Below, piece by piece: positions 44,518-53,479 of a stretch of 64,000 nt of DNA. The notes under the pieces are model-generated. The model searched no databases. It was given only the letters and a program-made list of their open reading frames with translations, and was not told where the DNA came from. The translations under genes and the position numbers were made by a program. Position 1 is the stretch's first letter. Every line of letters begins with the position of its first letter. Source of the DNA: an uncultured Candidatus Saccharibacteria bacterium (lineage in GTDB: Bacteria > Patescibacteriota > Minisyncoccia > Minisyncoccales > PEYH01); contig CAZTRD010000001.1 in NCBI GenBank assembly GCA_964616145.1, positions 4,024 to 68,023 on the forward strand. The letters run 5' to 3'.

Positions 44518-44892
44518 ATGGCTTCAAAAATACTTATCGTAGAAGATGACAAATTCCTTAGAGAACTAATCTCCCGAAAATTAGTAAAAGAAGGATATGA
44601 TATTGCCGAGGCAATAGATGGAGAGGAGGGCATTAAGAAATCAGAGGAATTCATGCCGGAACTGATCTTACTTGATCTAATCCTTCCTGGTATTGATGGT
44701 TTTGGAACTCTAGAGAAGGTCAAAGAGAATCCTAAAACAATGAATATCCCTGTTGTCATCCTTTCTAACCTTGGACAGAAAGATGAAGTGGAAAGAGGCC
44801 TAAAGCTGGGAGCCATTGATTTCTTGATTAAGGCCCATTTCACACCAGAAGAGATAGTAGAAAAAATCAGATTAGTATTGGCTAAAAAATAA
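44518..44892 (+). CDS. Single-domain response regulator (receiver only)
   Basis: 124 aa: KILIVEDD...ELILLDLILPGIDG...LSN...K. Confidence 0.85.
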   Translation: MASKILIVEDDKFLRELISRKLVKEGYDIAEAIDGEEGIKKSEEFMPELILLDLILPGIDGFGTLEKVKENPKTMNIPVVILSNLGQKDEVERGLKLGAIDFLIKAHFTPEEIVEKIRLVLAKK

Positions 44893-44905
44893 TCTGGGCA
44901 AAAAT

Positions 44906-45778
44906 ATGCCCGAATTACCAGAAGTAGAAACTATTGTCAGAGAATTAAAGGAAAAAGTCCTTAAAAGGACTTTTCTTGATGTTTGGATAGATGCTCCGAA
45001 ATTGATTAAAAAACCGAAGAGGTCGGCTCAGTTTAAAAAACTGCTCATCGGGAGAAAGATCACAGGCATATCCAGAATGGGAAAGATAATAGTTTTTCAT
45101 CTTTCGGGGAGTAAAATAATGTTTGTACATCAAAAAATGACCGGTCATTTTCTTCTAGGAAAATGGTCTAAGAATGACAAAGAGATTATTTCTAAAGAGA
45201 AAGGATTTTTGCAAGATTCGGCAAATAAATATATCCACATCATTTTCTACCTAGACGGCAAAAAGGAATTGGCCTTTTCTGATTTAAGAAAGTTTGCAAG
45301 GATAGAACTCTTAGATGACAAAGATTTTGAAAAATTCAAAAAAGAATTGAATCTTGGCCCTGACCCTTTGGAAAAAGGATTCTCCTTGTCCCAATTTTCT
45401 AGAATCATTACCGGTCAAAAAGGGAAGATAAAACAGGCGTTGATGAATCAGGAGATAATTTCCGGGATAGGGAACATATATTCTGATGAGATTTTGTTTG
45501 AATCTAAAGTCAATCCTTTCAGGTCCGCTGATAGTTTAAGCAAGCAAGAATTGCAAAAACTCTATCTTGCTATTAAAATGATTCTGAAAAGATCAATTGA
45601 AGTTGGCGGAGATAGCGTCTCTGATTACAGAAGGACAGACGGTTCTTTGGGAGGATTTGATAAATTAAGCAAGGTCTATGGCAGAGAGGGAGAAAAATGC
45701 TCTCGTTGCAAGTCAGCCATACAAAGAAAAAAAATAGGAGGCAGATCCGCTCATTTTTGCCCTAAATGCCAAATTTAA
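44906..45778 (+). CDS. mutM: Formamidopyrimidine-DNA glycosylase
   Basis: MPELPEVETIVREL at the N-terminus and the C-terminal zinc finger CSRCKSAIQRKKIGGRSAHFCPKCQ. Confidence 0.9.
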   Translation: MPELPEVETIVRELKEKVLKRTFLDVWIDAPKLIKKPKRSAQFKKLLIGRKITGISRMGKIIVFHLSGSKIMFVHQKMTGHFLLGKWSKNDKEIISKEKGFLQDSANKYIHIIFYLDGKKELAFSDLRKFARIELLDDKDFEKFKKELNLGPDPLEKGFSLSQFSRIITGQKGKIKQALMNQEIISGIGNIYSDEILFESKVNPFRSADSLSKQELQKLYLAIKMILKRSIEVGGDSVSDYRRTDGSLGGFDKLSKVYGREGEKCSRCKSAIQRKKIGGRSAHFCPKCQI

Positions 45779-45782
45779 GAAA

Positions 45783-46736
45783 ATGATGAACATTATCCTA
45801 ATCCATGGTAAGAATAATATTTTCTCCAAAGAAAAGTTGGAGGAAATATTAAAAGAAAGAAAACAATTCTTTTCTGAAGATTTCGTTGTTTTTGATTTTT
45901 CAGAGGAGAATTGCGATTTCTATTCTGTTAAATCAGAGATTTCCAACGAATCAATGTTTTTTAAAAAAAGAGTCGTAGTCCTTAAATCCGCTTTTTCAGA
46001 TAAATCATTTAAAGAAACATTTTTAGAGAAAAAGGATTTTCTAGAGAAAAACAATGGTTTGATTATATTTTTTGAAGAAGATAGTATTTCTAAGATTGAT
46101 ACATTATATAAATTGATTAAGAAACAAGGGCATATATATGAGTTTGACGAGATGGATGCAGTTAAAATCAAATCATTTGTTAACAGGAAATTAAAAGATA
46201 ATGGTTTTAAGATAGAACCAACGGCGCTTACGCTTTTAAACAATTCCGTTAACAAGGATCTTTGGAGATTAAGACATGAGTTAGAAAAATTGATGGCTTT
46301 TAAGGTAAAGGAAAAATTCATTAGCAAGAAAGACGTAGAAGATTTGATTAAGCCGGAGATAGAAAACGATATTTTCAAAACAATTGACGCAATTGCCAAG
46401 AAGGACAAGAAAGGGGCTTTAAGAATGATACACTCTCACCTTGAGAAAGGAGATTCTGCCCCCTATGTTTTTTCAATGATAGCTTTTCAATTCAGAAATA
46501 TGCTTATCATTAAGAATACCTTAGAAAAACACCCGGATTTTAATCAGTTTCAATTAAAAAAAGAGTTAAAGGGAATTAATCCTTTTGTAATTCAAAAGAG
46601 TCTTTGGCTAATAAAGAATTTCAGTCTGTCTCAATTAGAGAAAATATATAAAAAGATATTCCAAATGGATATCTCTGTTAAATCTGGAAAATTAGATCAA
46701 GAAGAAGCAATAGAAATGCTACTTCTTGATATTTGA
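45783..46736 (+). CDS. holA: DNA polymerase III delta subunit-like protein
   Basis: 317 aa. Length, the N-terminal IILIHG pattern and helical C-terminal domains fit HolA. No strict motif confirms it. Confidence 0.5.
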   Translation: MMNIILIHGKNNIFSKEKLEEILKERKQFFSEDFVVFDFSEENCDFYSVKSEISNESMFFKKRVVVLKSAFSDKSFKETFLEKKDFLEKNNGLIIFFEEDSISKIDTLYKLIKKQGHIYEFDEMDAVKIKSFVNRKLKDNGFKIEPTALTLLNNSVNKDLWRLRHELEKLMAFKVKEKFISKKDVEDLIKPEIENDIFKTIDAIAKKDKKGALRMIHSHLEKGDSAPYVFSMIAFQFRNMLIIKNTLEKHPDFNQFQLKKELKGINPFVIQKSLWLIKNFSLSQLEKIYKKIFQMDISVKSGKLDQEEAIEMLLLDI

Positions 46737-46982
46737 GAGTTTTGTTCTGCGAGATTTTATTCTTGCGGCTCTATTTCTCTTTATCACGCCTGCCTTAGCA
46801 GCCTTATCAGCTGCTTTATATAATTTTGGATAAAGTTTTTTAGCCTCGTCTGTTTTGCCGGCAATGATAAGTTTCTTAATCTCTTTATCAACTGATTTGA
46901 GATTGTTCTTATACTTTAAATTATTCTTTTTTCTTCTATCATTCTGGCGCAAGGCCTTTTTTGCTGCGTGGGTTATTGCCAT
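46719..46982 (-). CDS. rpsT: 30S ribosomal protein S20
   Basis: MAITHAAKKALRQNDRRKKNNLKYKNNLKS... Confidence 0.9.
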   Translation of the reverse strand: MAITHAAKKALRQNDRRKKNNLKYKNNLKSVDKEIKKLIIAGKTDEAKKLYPKLYKAADKAAKAGVIKRNRAARIKSRRTKLSNIKK

Positions 46983-47087
46983 ATTCTTGTTTATTACGAA
47001 TGTTTGAATTTAACACGAACAGAGATTTTTTGCAAGTTTTTTATGTTATTGAACAATCCCAAATTTAAGATTAGAATGAGAAAAAAC

Positions 47088-47639
47088 ATGATAAACTACA
47101 TTTCAGGTAATATTTTGGAAAAAACAGATACCTGGGCAACAATAGAAAACCAGGGAGTCGGTTTTAAAATATTCCTATCCCTAAAGGATTTAAATAGCAT
47201 CAAAATTGGGGATAATGTAAAACTTTTCTGCAAGTTTTTTTTGAGAAACGAAAACCCGGAGTTATACGGATTTCTAGATAAAGAACAATTGAAAGTATTT
47301 GAGATGTTAGAAAAAATATCAGGGATTGGACCAAAAGCAGCAATGCTGATTGCTCCTCTTGGGAGCTTTGAGCAATTGAAGAAGGCTGTAGAATCCCAGG
47401 ATTACGGATATTTTAAAAATATTAAAGGGATTGGAACCAAAAAAATACAAAAGATTATCCTAGAAATCAGCGGAGAAATCAGGAAGATTAATACTGATGA
47501 TAGCATTGATGAAGCTGCTAGTGCTTTAATGAATCTTGGTTTTTCATCTGTTAATGCCAAACAAGCATTAAAAGGAGTAGACAGCAATCTTGGTTTGGAG
47601 GAAAGAATTAAACAGGCATTAAGGATATTAGGGAAATGA
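47088..47639 (+). CDS. ruvA: Holliday junction DNA helicase RuvA
   Basis: MINYISGNILEKTDTWATIENQGVGFKIFLS...ISGIGPKAA...IKGIGTKKIQKIILE. Start chosen at the ATG at 47088. Confidence 0.85.
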   Translation: MINYISGNILEKTDTWATIENQGVGFKIFLSLKDLNSIKIGDNVKLFCKFFLRNENPELYGFLDKEQLKVFEMLEKISGIGPKAAMLIAPLGSFEQLKKAVESQDYGYFKNIKGIGTKKIQKIILEISGEIRKINTDDSIDEAASALMNLGFSSVNAKQALKGVDSNLGLEERIKQALRILGK

Positions 47640-48940
47640 TAAAGGCAATAGTTAAAAAAATTACCCCTAGGTTTGTTTTAAAAACCTATCACTACTGCTG
47701 GGCGTTTTTTTCCGCTCTTTTCTATCTTTTTCCTTCCAGAAAGATGATAATCATAGGGATAACCGGAACTAATGGTAAGTCTACCACGGTAGACATGGTT
47801 TCTAAGATTTTGATAGCTGCAGGATACAAAACAGCATCTTTATCATCCTTAAGATTCCAGATAAATGATAGAATCTGGCAGAATAGGCTAAAAATGACAA
47901 TGCCCGGGCGTTTTGCCATACAGAAATTCTTGCATCAGGCAAAAAAGAATCGATGTAAGTATGTTGTTTTGGAAACAACATCAGAGGGGATAAAGCAACA
48001 TAGGCATAAATTCATTGATTATGATGTGGCAGTTATCACTAACTTAAAACCGGAACACATAGAATCACACGGATCTTTTGAGAATTACAAAACAGCAAAA
48101 GGAAAGCTTTTTCAATCGCTTTCTAAAACTAAAAAGAAAAAAGGAGTTGATAAGATATCAGTTGTTAATCTTGACGATGAAAATGCAAAATACTTTTTGC
48201 ACTTTAAAGCTGATAAAAAATGGGGCTATGGATTGAAGGATTCTTTAATAGAAGCAGATGAGAAATTGATTGCCAAGAATATCAATACTATTTACCCCCA
48301 GACCAAATTCTTTTTAAATAACAAAGAAATTGTAATAAATTTCCTTGGAGAATTTAACGTCTTAAACACGTTAGCCGCTATTTCCGTCTGCCTGTCCCAG
48401 GGAATTGATTTAGATCTAATCATCAAGGTCTTAAAAAACATCGAGGGAGTATCTGGAAGGATGGAAGCAGTTTCTAAAGAACCCCTTGTATTTGTTGATT
48501 TCGCTCATACCCCAGACGCTCTGGAAGCGATTCATAGGGCAATTAAGCCGTTGAAAAGAGGTAACGTAATATGCGTTCTAGGGTCTTGCGGAGGAGGAAG
48601 AGATAAATGGAAAAGGCCGGAAATGGGAAGAATCTCAAATCAGAATTGTGATAGGATAATTCTTACAAACGAAGATCCGTATGATGAAAATCCCGAATCA
48701 ATTCTAGATCAAATAGAAAAAGGGATTGATTCAAAAGAAAAACTGGAGAGGATTTTAGACAGGAAAGAAGCTATTAAAAGGGCCTTGCAAATAGCTAAAA
48801 ATGAGGATATAGTTTTGATTACAGGGAAAGGTAGCGAGCCATTAATGTGTCTGGCTAACGGTCAGAAGATTCCCTGGGATGATAGGGAAATAGTCAGGCA
48901 AGAATTAAATAAAATACATGAAAACAAAAGAAATATTTGA
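47636..48940 (+). CDS. Mur ligase family protein (MurE-like UDP-MurNAc-tripeptide synthetase)
   Basis: IIGITGTNGKSTT and the central and C-terminal Mur ligase domains (DFAHTPDALE). Confidence 0.7.
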   Translation: MIKAIVKKITPRFVLKTYHYCWAFFSALFYLFPSRKMIIIGITGTNGKSTTVDMVSKILIAAGYKTASLSSLRFQINDRIWQNRLKMTMPGRFAIQKFLHQAKKNRCKYVVLETTSEGIKQHRHKFIDYDVAVITNLKPEHIESHGSFENYKTAKGKLFQSLSKTKKKKGVDKISVVNLDDENAKYFLHFKADKKWGYGLKDSLIEADEKLIAKNINTIYPQTKFFLNNKEIVINFLGEFNVLNTLAAISVCLSQGIDLDLIIKVLKNIEGVSGRMEAVSKEPLVFVDFAHTPDALEAIHRAIKPLKRGNVICVLGSCGGGRDKWKRPEMGRISNQNCDRIILTNEDPYDENPESILDQIEKGIDSKEKLERILDRKEAIKRALQIAKNEDIVLITGKGSEPLMCLANGQKIPWDDREIVRQELNKIHENKRNI

Positions 48941-49862
48941 TTTAGCCATCAAAATGGGCAGGGAAGCAGATTTAAGAGGGCAAGAGGAGATTAAAAAGGA
49001 TCTGGTTTTTAAGCAAAAGAAATTTGATGAGTTAAAGGAAAAAGACAAGGAGATTTTTGATAAAGAATCTCTGACTAATCCGTATTCAGACAGCAGGATT
49101 TTAAATATCAGTGATGATAGAGAAATCAAAAGGATTTTAATAGGGATAGATATCGAGCCCTGCGAGTTAGTTATGGCTCAACAAATGGGTAATATTGACT
49201 TAGTCATTTCCCATCACCCCTTAGGAATGGCTTTAGTTAATCTTCATGAAGTTATGGATATGCAATGCGATATTCTGCATCAGTTCGGAGTGCCGATAAA
49301 CATAGCAGAGAAATTGACTAGAACAAAAATATCAGAAGTGGCCAGGGGTTTGAATAAAGTGAATTATTCCAGGACCGTTGATGCGGCGAAGATATTGAAT
49401 TTAAACCTGATTTGCATTCATACTCCCTGCGATAATTTGGCAGCAGATTTTCTAACCCAAAAAATTAATTCGGTCAAACCAGAAAGAATCTCTGATTTAT
49501 TAGACTTGTTAATGGATCTGCCTGAATACAAAGAAGCGGCTAAAAATGGAGCAGGCCCTAAGATCTTTGTAGGCAATCCGGAAAATAGATGTGGCAAGAT
49601 AGTATTATCAGAGATTACTGGAGGGACAGAGGGCTCCCCAAAAATATATGAAAAAATGTCTCAGGTAGGCATAGGGACGGTAGTGGGAATGCATATTTCT
49701 GAGGAAAACAAACAGGAAGCAGAAAATGCCTTGATTAATGTGATAATAGCAGGGCACATGTCCTCCGACTCTTTAGGCATTAATCTGTTTTTGGATCAGT
49801 TGGATAAAAAAGGAATAGATATAATTCCATGTTCTGGATTAACCAGATTTTCCAGGAATTAA
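48918..49862 (+). CDS. NIF3/YbgI-like dinuclear-metal-centre family protein
   Basis: 314 aa with IDLVISHHPLG and a later CIHTPCDN. Assigned from these motifs only. Confidence 0.55.
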   Translation: MKTKEIFDLAIKMGREADLRGQEEIKKDLVFKQKKFDELKEKDKEIFDKESLTNPYSDSRILNISDDREIKRILIGIDIEPCELVMAQQMGNIDLVISHHPLGMALVNLHEVMDMQCDILHQFGVPINIAEKLTRTKISEVARGLNKVNYSRTVDAAKILNLNLICIHTPCDNLAADFLTQKINSVKPERISDLLDLLMDLPEYKEAAKNGAGPKIFVGNPENRCGKIVLSEITGGTEGSPKIYEKMSQVGIGTVVGMHISEENKQEAENALINVIIAGHMSSDSLGINLFLDQLDKKGIDIIPCSGLTRFSRN

Positions 49863-49865
49863 TTT

Positions 49866-50747
49866 ATGGAACAAAGGCCAGATAGCAAAAAAACAACATT
49901 TCTTTTTTGGGAAGTAATTTTTTCTATTCTAATATTTGCTTTAGGCATTTTTGCCTCGTATCGGTTTTATATATTTTTAGGAGATAACAAAGAAATTCTG
50001 CCAGAATCAACTTTTATTGAATTCTTATCGCTGTTCGCATTAGGAACAATAGCAGTTATTATTTTGAATTTTTTCTTAAGAAAGAAAAAAAACCTAAGAA
50101 AGAATTTTTATAAAATTGTATTTTTTGTAGCCAATATATATGGAGCTCTTACAATATTACCGGTTATCTTTACTTTATTTTTTATCCCTCCGTTATGGGG
50201 GAATATAATAACTATTATTTTAGTCATAGTATTATTCTTTAAATGGCACAGAAAACCACTCATATGGAACCATGATCTTTTGATGATTTTGGGATTAGCA
50301 GGAACAGGGGGAATGATTGGATTGGAATTGCGAAGGCCGGAGTTGGTAGCAGCCCTATTAGCAATCCTAACCATTTACGATTTTATTGCCGTGTATATGA
50401 CAAGGCATATGGTTAAAATGACAGAAGCGATGATTGAAACTCAGACAATAATCGGTTTAGTTATTCCCTCCAAAACAAAAGAATTCAAAGAAATGGTTCC
50501 CAATAGCGAAACAAGAAAAAGATTTGTTATCTTGGGAGGAGGGGATTTGGCAATTCCTTTGATGCTGGCCACTTCTTTCATTCCATTTGGGATACAAAAG
50601 AGCATCATTGTAGCTATTTTTGCTTTAATAGGGATGGCTTTGAGTGTTTGGTTGTTTTATTCCCAAAAAGAAAAACAGGCCATTCCTGCTTTGCCCGCAA
50701 TATCCTTTTTGTCTCTGATTGGTTGCGTAATAGCTATAATCTCTTAA
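49866..50747 (+). CDS. Presenilin/signal-peptide-peptidase-like intramembrane aspartyl protease (GxGD type)
   Basis: 293 aa with about 9 helices. All three family signatures appear in order: LTIYDFIAVY (YD), VILGGGDLAIPL (GxGD), AIPALPAIS (PAL). Confidence 0.65.
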   Translation: MEQRPDSKKTTFLFWEVIFSILIFALGIFASYRFYIFLGDNKEILPESTFIEFLSLFALGTIAVIILNFFLRKKKNLRKNFYKIVFFVANIYGALTILPVIFTLFFIPPLWGNIITIILVIVLFFKWHRKPLIWNHDLLMILGLAGTGGMIGLELRRPELVAALLAILTIYDFIAVYMTRHMVKMTEAMIETQTIIGLVIPSKTKEFKEMVPNSETRKRFVILGGGDLAIPLMLATSFIPFGIQKSIIVAIFALIGMALSVWLFYSQKEKQAIPALPAISFLSLIGCVIAIIS

Positions 50748-52326
50748 CCATATAGGTATCTTTTAAGCTATATCCTTGTTTTCTGTAATAATCTCTGACC
50801 CCTATCCCGGAAATTACGGAAATATGCTTTAAGCCAAAATTCTCCTTGGCTATTTTTTCTGCAATAGAGATTAATTGTTTCCCAAGTCCTTTGTGTTGGA
50901 CCGATATCCCTTTATCTCCTATGGCCGTGAGTTGTCCATAGGTGTGAACCTCTCTGATAATAGCCGATTTTTTATCAGAATTAATTCTTAATCTTAATAA
51001 GCTGAAAAGTTTTGTTCTATCTTTATTTTCAAAACTTAGAAATATCTCTTTGCCTTCAGAGGCAGGATATACTTCTTTAAAGAGTATTGGTTTTCCCTTG
51101 ATTATTCCGGATTTAATTTCTCTGCATCTTATACATTTGCATTTCCAACCCTCTTGTTTTTGGATTGCAGAAAGATTCTGCCTGATACTGGATATTTTAG
51201 CTCCACCTTCGATAACATAATTGGAAGGGATATCCCTGATTATCCTTTGAATACGGCAATAATATGGAACAATCTTTTTAATTTCTGATAAAACATGAAG
51301 CAATTGTTTTAATGTATAGGGCTTATATACCCCCTTTTGATAATATTTAAAAAGCTTGGCTTCTTTTAAGAGGGCGCAAGGATATATTTTTAAATAATCA
51401 GGTTGGAAATCTTCATTTTTAAATATTTCTTTAAACATTTCTATATCCTTTTTAGGAGAAGATCCTAAAAGATTCGGCATCATTTGGTAGCAGATTTTAA
51501 GTCCAGCGTCCTTCAACAATTTAGTTGCTTTTATGATATCTTTTACTTCATGGCCTCTGTTGTTTGCTTTTAAAACATCGTTATATGTGTTTTGAATTCC
51601 AAGCTCCACCATAGTTATCCCAAAACTTCTCAATCTTCTTATTTCTTCTTTGTTGATATAGTCAGGCCTGGTTTCTATCATTATCCCTATTATTCTATGT
51701 TTGGCTTTCTCATTTTCTTTTTGTAAAGATTCCAAGGTTGTAGATTTAGATTTTCTGCTCTTATATTCATTTGCTGCTTTGAAACATTGCCTGATAAACC
51801 AAGATTGATAATTTTTGGGATAATATGACCAAGTAGCTCCGATTATTCTTAAATCTATTTTATCCGTAGGGTGACCGTTTTGCTCTAAAACATCAATTCT
51901 TGCCTGTACCTGTTTGTATGGGTGGTAATCTAAGGAAATGGCCCTGCTTACAGCTGGTTCTTCTCTTATATAGCTCTTGGGGACATTTTTCTGTGTCGGG
52001 CAGAAAATGCACCTTCCAGGGCAAGGATAGGGCTTGGTTAAAACAGAAACAACAACTATCCCGGATAACGATCTGACCTCTTTTACTCTCAAAATCTTTT
52101 CTATTTCCTCGGATTTTCTCATCCTTCCAGAAGAAACAAGTTCGTGATAAGCTTTGAGTAGCAGATTATTAGACGGGATGAAGACTTTCGTTCCCTTGGT
52201 TGATTGTCTTTTCAGGCTGTCTAATATAAAACGAGATTTCTTTTTAGAATCTAAAAGGTTTGAAATAATTTGTTTTTCTCTTTCTAAAGACATGGATTCA
52301 TCATACGCTACCTTCTTATTAAACAA
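50734..52326 (-). CDS. elp3: Elp3-type radical-SAM/GNAT tRNA U34 modification enzyme
   Basis: 530 aa. Radical-SAM cluster motif PYPCPGRCIFCP and a C-terminal GNAT domain (VQHKGLGKQLISIAEKIA). An alternative start is Met12. Confidence 0.85.
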   Translation of the reverse strand: MFNKKVAYDESMSLEREKQIISNLLDSKKKSRFILDSLKRQSTKGTKVFIPSNNLLLKAYHELVSSGRMRKSEEIEKILRVKEVRSLSGIVVVSVLTKPYPCPGRCIFCPTQKNVPKSYIREEPAVSRAISLDYHPYKQVQARIDVLEQNGHPTDKIDLRIIGATWSYYPKNYQSWFIRQCFKAANEYKSRKSKSTTLESLQKENEKAKHRIIGIMIETRPDYINKEEIRRLRSFGITMVELGIQNTYNDVLKANNRGHEVKDIIKATKLLKDAGLKICYQMMPNLLGSSPKKDIEMFKEIFKNEDFQPDYLKIYPCALLKEAKLFKYYQKGVYKPYTLKQLLHVLSEIKKIVPYYCRIQRIIRDIPSNYVIEGGAKISSIRQNLSAIQKQEGWKCKCIRCREIKSGIIKGKPILFKEVYPASEGKEIFLSFENKDRTKLFSLLRLRINSDKKSAIIREVHTYGQLTAIGDKGISVQHKGLGKQLISIAEKIAKENFGLKHISVISGIGVRDYYRKQGYSLKDTYMVKRL

Positions 52327-52999
52327 AAACAGGGATGATTACAATAGGATAGCTACTTCTTTTGATGGAAAAAGAAACTATATCCCCTTAGATTTCAAAT
52401 ATTTGAAACAATATATTAAAGAAAATGAAAAGATTTTAGATCTAGGCTGTGGGAATGGAAGATTCAGCGAATTGGTTTCTGATTCCTCATATATTGGAGC
52501 AGATATTTCAAAAGGAGAATTAAAAATTGCCAAGGATAGATATCCGTATAAATCATTTATTTTGATTGAAAACCAATTGTCTTTTCCTTTCTTGGATGAT
52601 TCTTTTGATAAGGTTTTCTGCCTTTCTGTCTTGCATCATATTCCGTCATTGAAATTCCGCCAGGATTTTATCAAAGAAATCAAAAGAATTCTTAAGCCGG
52701 GAGGAACCCTGATTTTGACGGTCTGGAATTTAAAAAACGCCAAAAAGGTAAACAAACTATTATTTAAATATTTTTTCCTCAAACTAATCGGGAAATCTAA
52801 ATTGGGCTTCAAAGACATTTTCTATCCGTGGAAGGATTCTAATGGAAATATTTTAGCTCAAAGATACATTCACACCTTTTCATTAAAAGAATTAAGAAAA
52901 CTTGTTAATTTTTCAGGATTAGAGATATTAGAATCAAAAATATTAGACAGATCCAAGAAAGGAAGTAATATATTAATAGTTTGTAAGAAGTGCTCGTAG
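52292..52999 (+). CDS. Class I SAM-dependent methyltransferase
   Basis: ILDLGCGNGRFSE, DKVFCLSVLHHIP, LKPGGTLILTVW. Start set at the ATG at 52292. The 3' end overlaps tRNA-Arg by 10 nt. Confidence 0.8.
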   Translation: MDSSYATFLLNKNRDDYNRIATSFDGKRNYIPLDFKYLKQYIKENEKILDLGCGNGRFSELVSDSSYIGADISKGELKIAKDRYPYKSFILIENQLSFPFLDDSFDKVFCLSVLHHIPSLKFRQDFIKEIKRILKPGGTLILTVWNLKNAKKVNKLLFKYFFLKLIGKSKLGFKDIFYPWKDSNGNILAQRYIHTFSLKELRKLVNFSGLEILESKILDRSKKGSNILIVCKKCS

Positions 53000-53062
53000 T
53001 TTAATGGATAAAACACTGGCCTCCGGAGCCGGGGACTGCTGGTTCGACTCCAGCCGAGCACA
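52990..53062 (+). tRNA. tRNA-Arg (anticodon CCG), no encoded CCA
   Basis: GTGCTCGTAGTTTAATGGATAAAACACTGGCCTCCGGAGCCGGGGACTGCTGGTTCGACTCCAGCCGAGCACA, with anticodon loop CTCCGGA and G37. Confidence 0.85.
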
Positions 53063-53093
53063 CAAAAAACCACCGCCTCGCAGCGATTTTTGG

Positions 53094-53121
53094 TTGATAT
53101 TTTTATTGCTCGTGTTATATT
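53094..53121 (+). promoter_or_regulatory. Putative promoter (TTGATA-16 nt-TATATT) for the RHH gene
   Basis: -35 at 53094-53099 and -10 at 53116-53121, in the AT-rich spacer before the GC-rich islet. Confidence 0.35.
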
Positions 53122-53173
53122 AAAACTAGTACAAAAAACTTCTCCCTAACCAGGGAAAGGGGGTGATTCAGAA

Positions 53174-53386
53174 TTGGTGAGAGCAAGAACGGGAAAAAGG
53201 TGTTGGTGGTTGAGGCGGCAGCGAAGAAGATATATCACCTATCTCTTCCCTTGCCACCTCTCGGCTCTTGAGCAGATCGCCAGATTACAGGGAACTACGG
53301 TCGCTGATCTACTGGCCCGATCCCTCGACGAGTATCTGGTTGAGACAGGAGTACACGATGGACCCAACAGGGGCAAGGAGAAGTAG
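53174..53386 (+). CDS. Ribbon-helix-helix (CopG/Arc/MetJ-like) DNA-binding protein with an Arg-rich N-terminal tail; GC-rich foreign-looking gene
   Basis: 70 aa. RRYITYLFPCHLSALEQIARLQGTTVADLLARSLDEYL fits the strand-helix-helix pattern. A strong SD (AAAGGGGGTGA) sits 6 nt before the TTG/GTG start. Codon third positions are GC-rich, unlike the neighbouring genes. Confidence 0.6.
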   Translation: MVRARTGKRCWWLRRQRRRYITYLFPCHLSALEQIARLQGTTVADLLARSLDEYLVETGVHDGPNRGKEK

Positions 53387-53397
53387 AGTAGACACAG

Positions 53398-53434
53398 GGG
53401 GTGGTGACGTTAAAGACTGATCCACCCCATTTTC
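53398..53434 (+). terminator. Hairpin plus T-run after the RHH gene
   Basis: GGGGTGG (53398-53404) pairs with CCACCCC (53422-53428) around a 17-nt loop, followed by ATTTTC. Confidence 0.4.
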
Positions 53435-53479
53435 ACCTCCCCATTTTATCCTAATAGTAATCGGTATTTCGCTTATAGC

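Noticed and set aside
46968-47087. 5' extension of the RuvA ORF
   Set aside because: It overlaps the rpsT start, and RuvA homology begins at MINYISG.
52154-52291. 5' extension of the methyltransferase ORF
   Set aside because: It lies antisense within the Elp3 N-terminus, and methyltransferase similarity begins after the ATG at 52292.
53063-53440. Calling the GC-rich islet a prophage or integrative mobile element
   Set aside because: I found no integrase, no transposase and no direct repeat of the tRNA 3' end by eye. It is reported only as a possible remnant.
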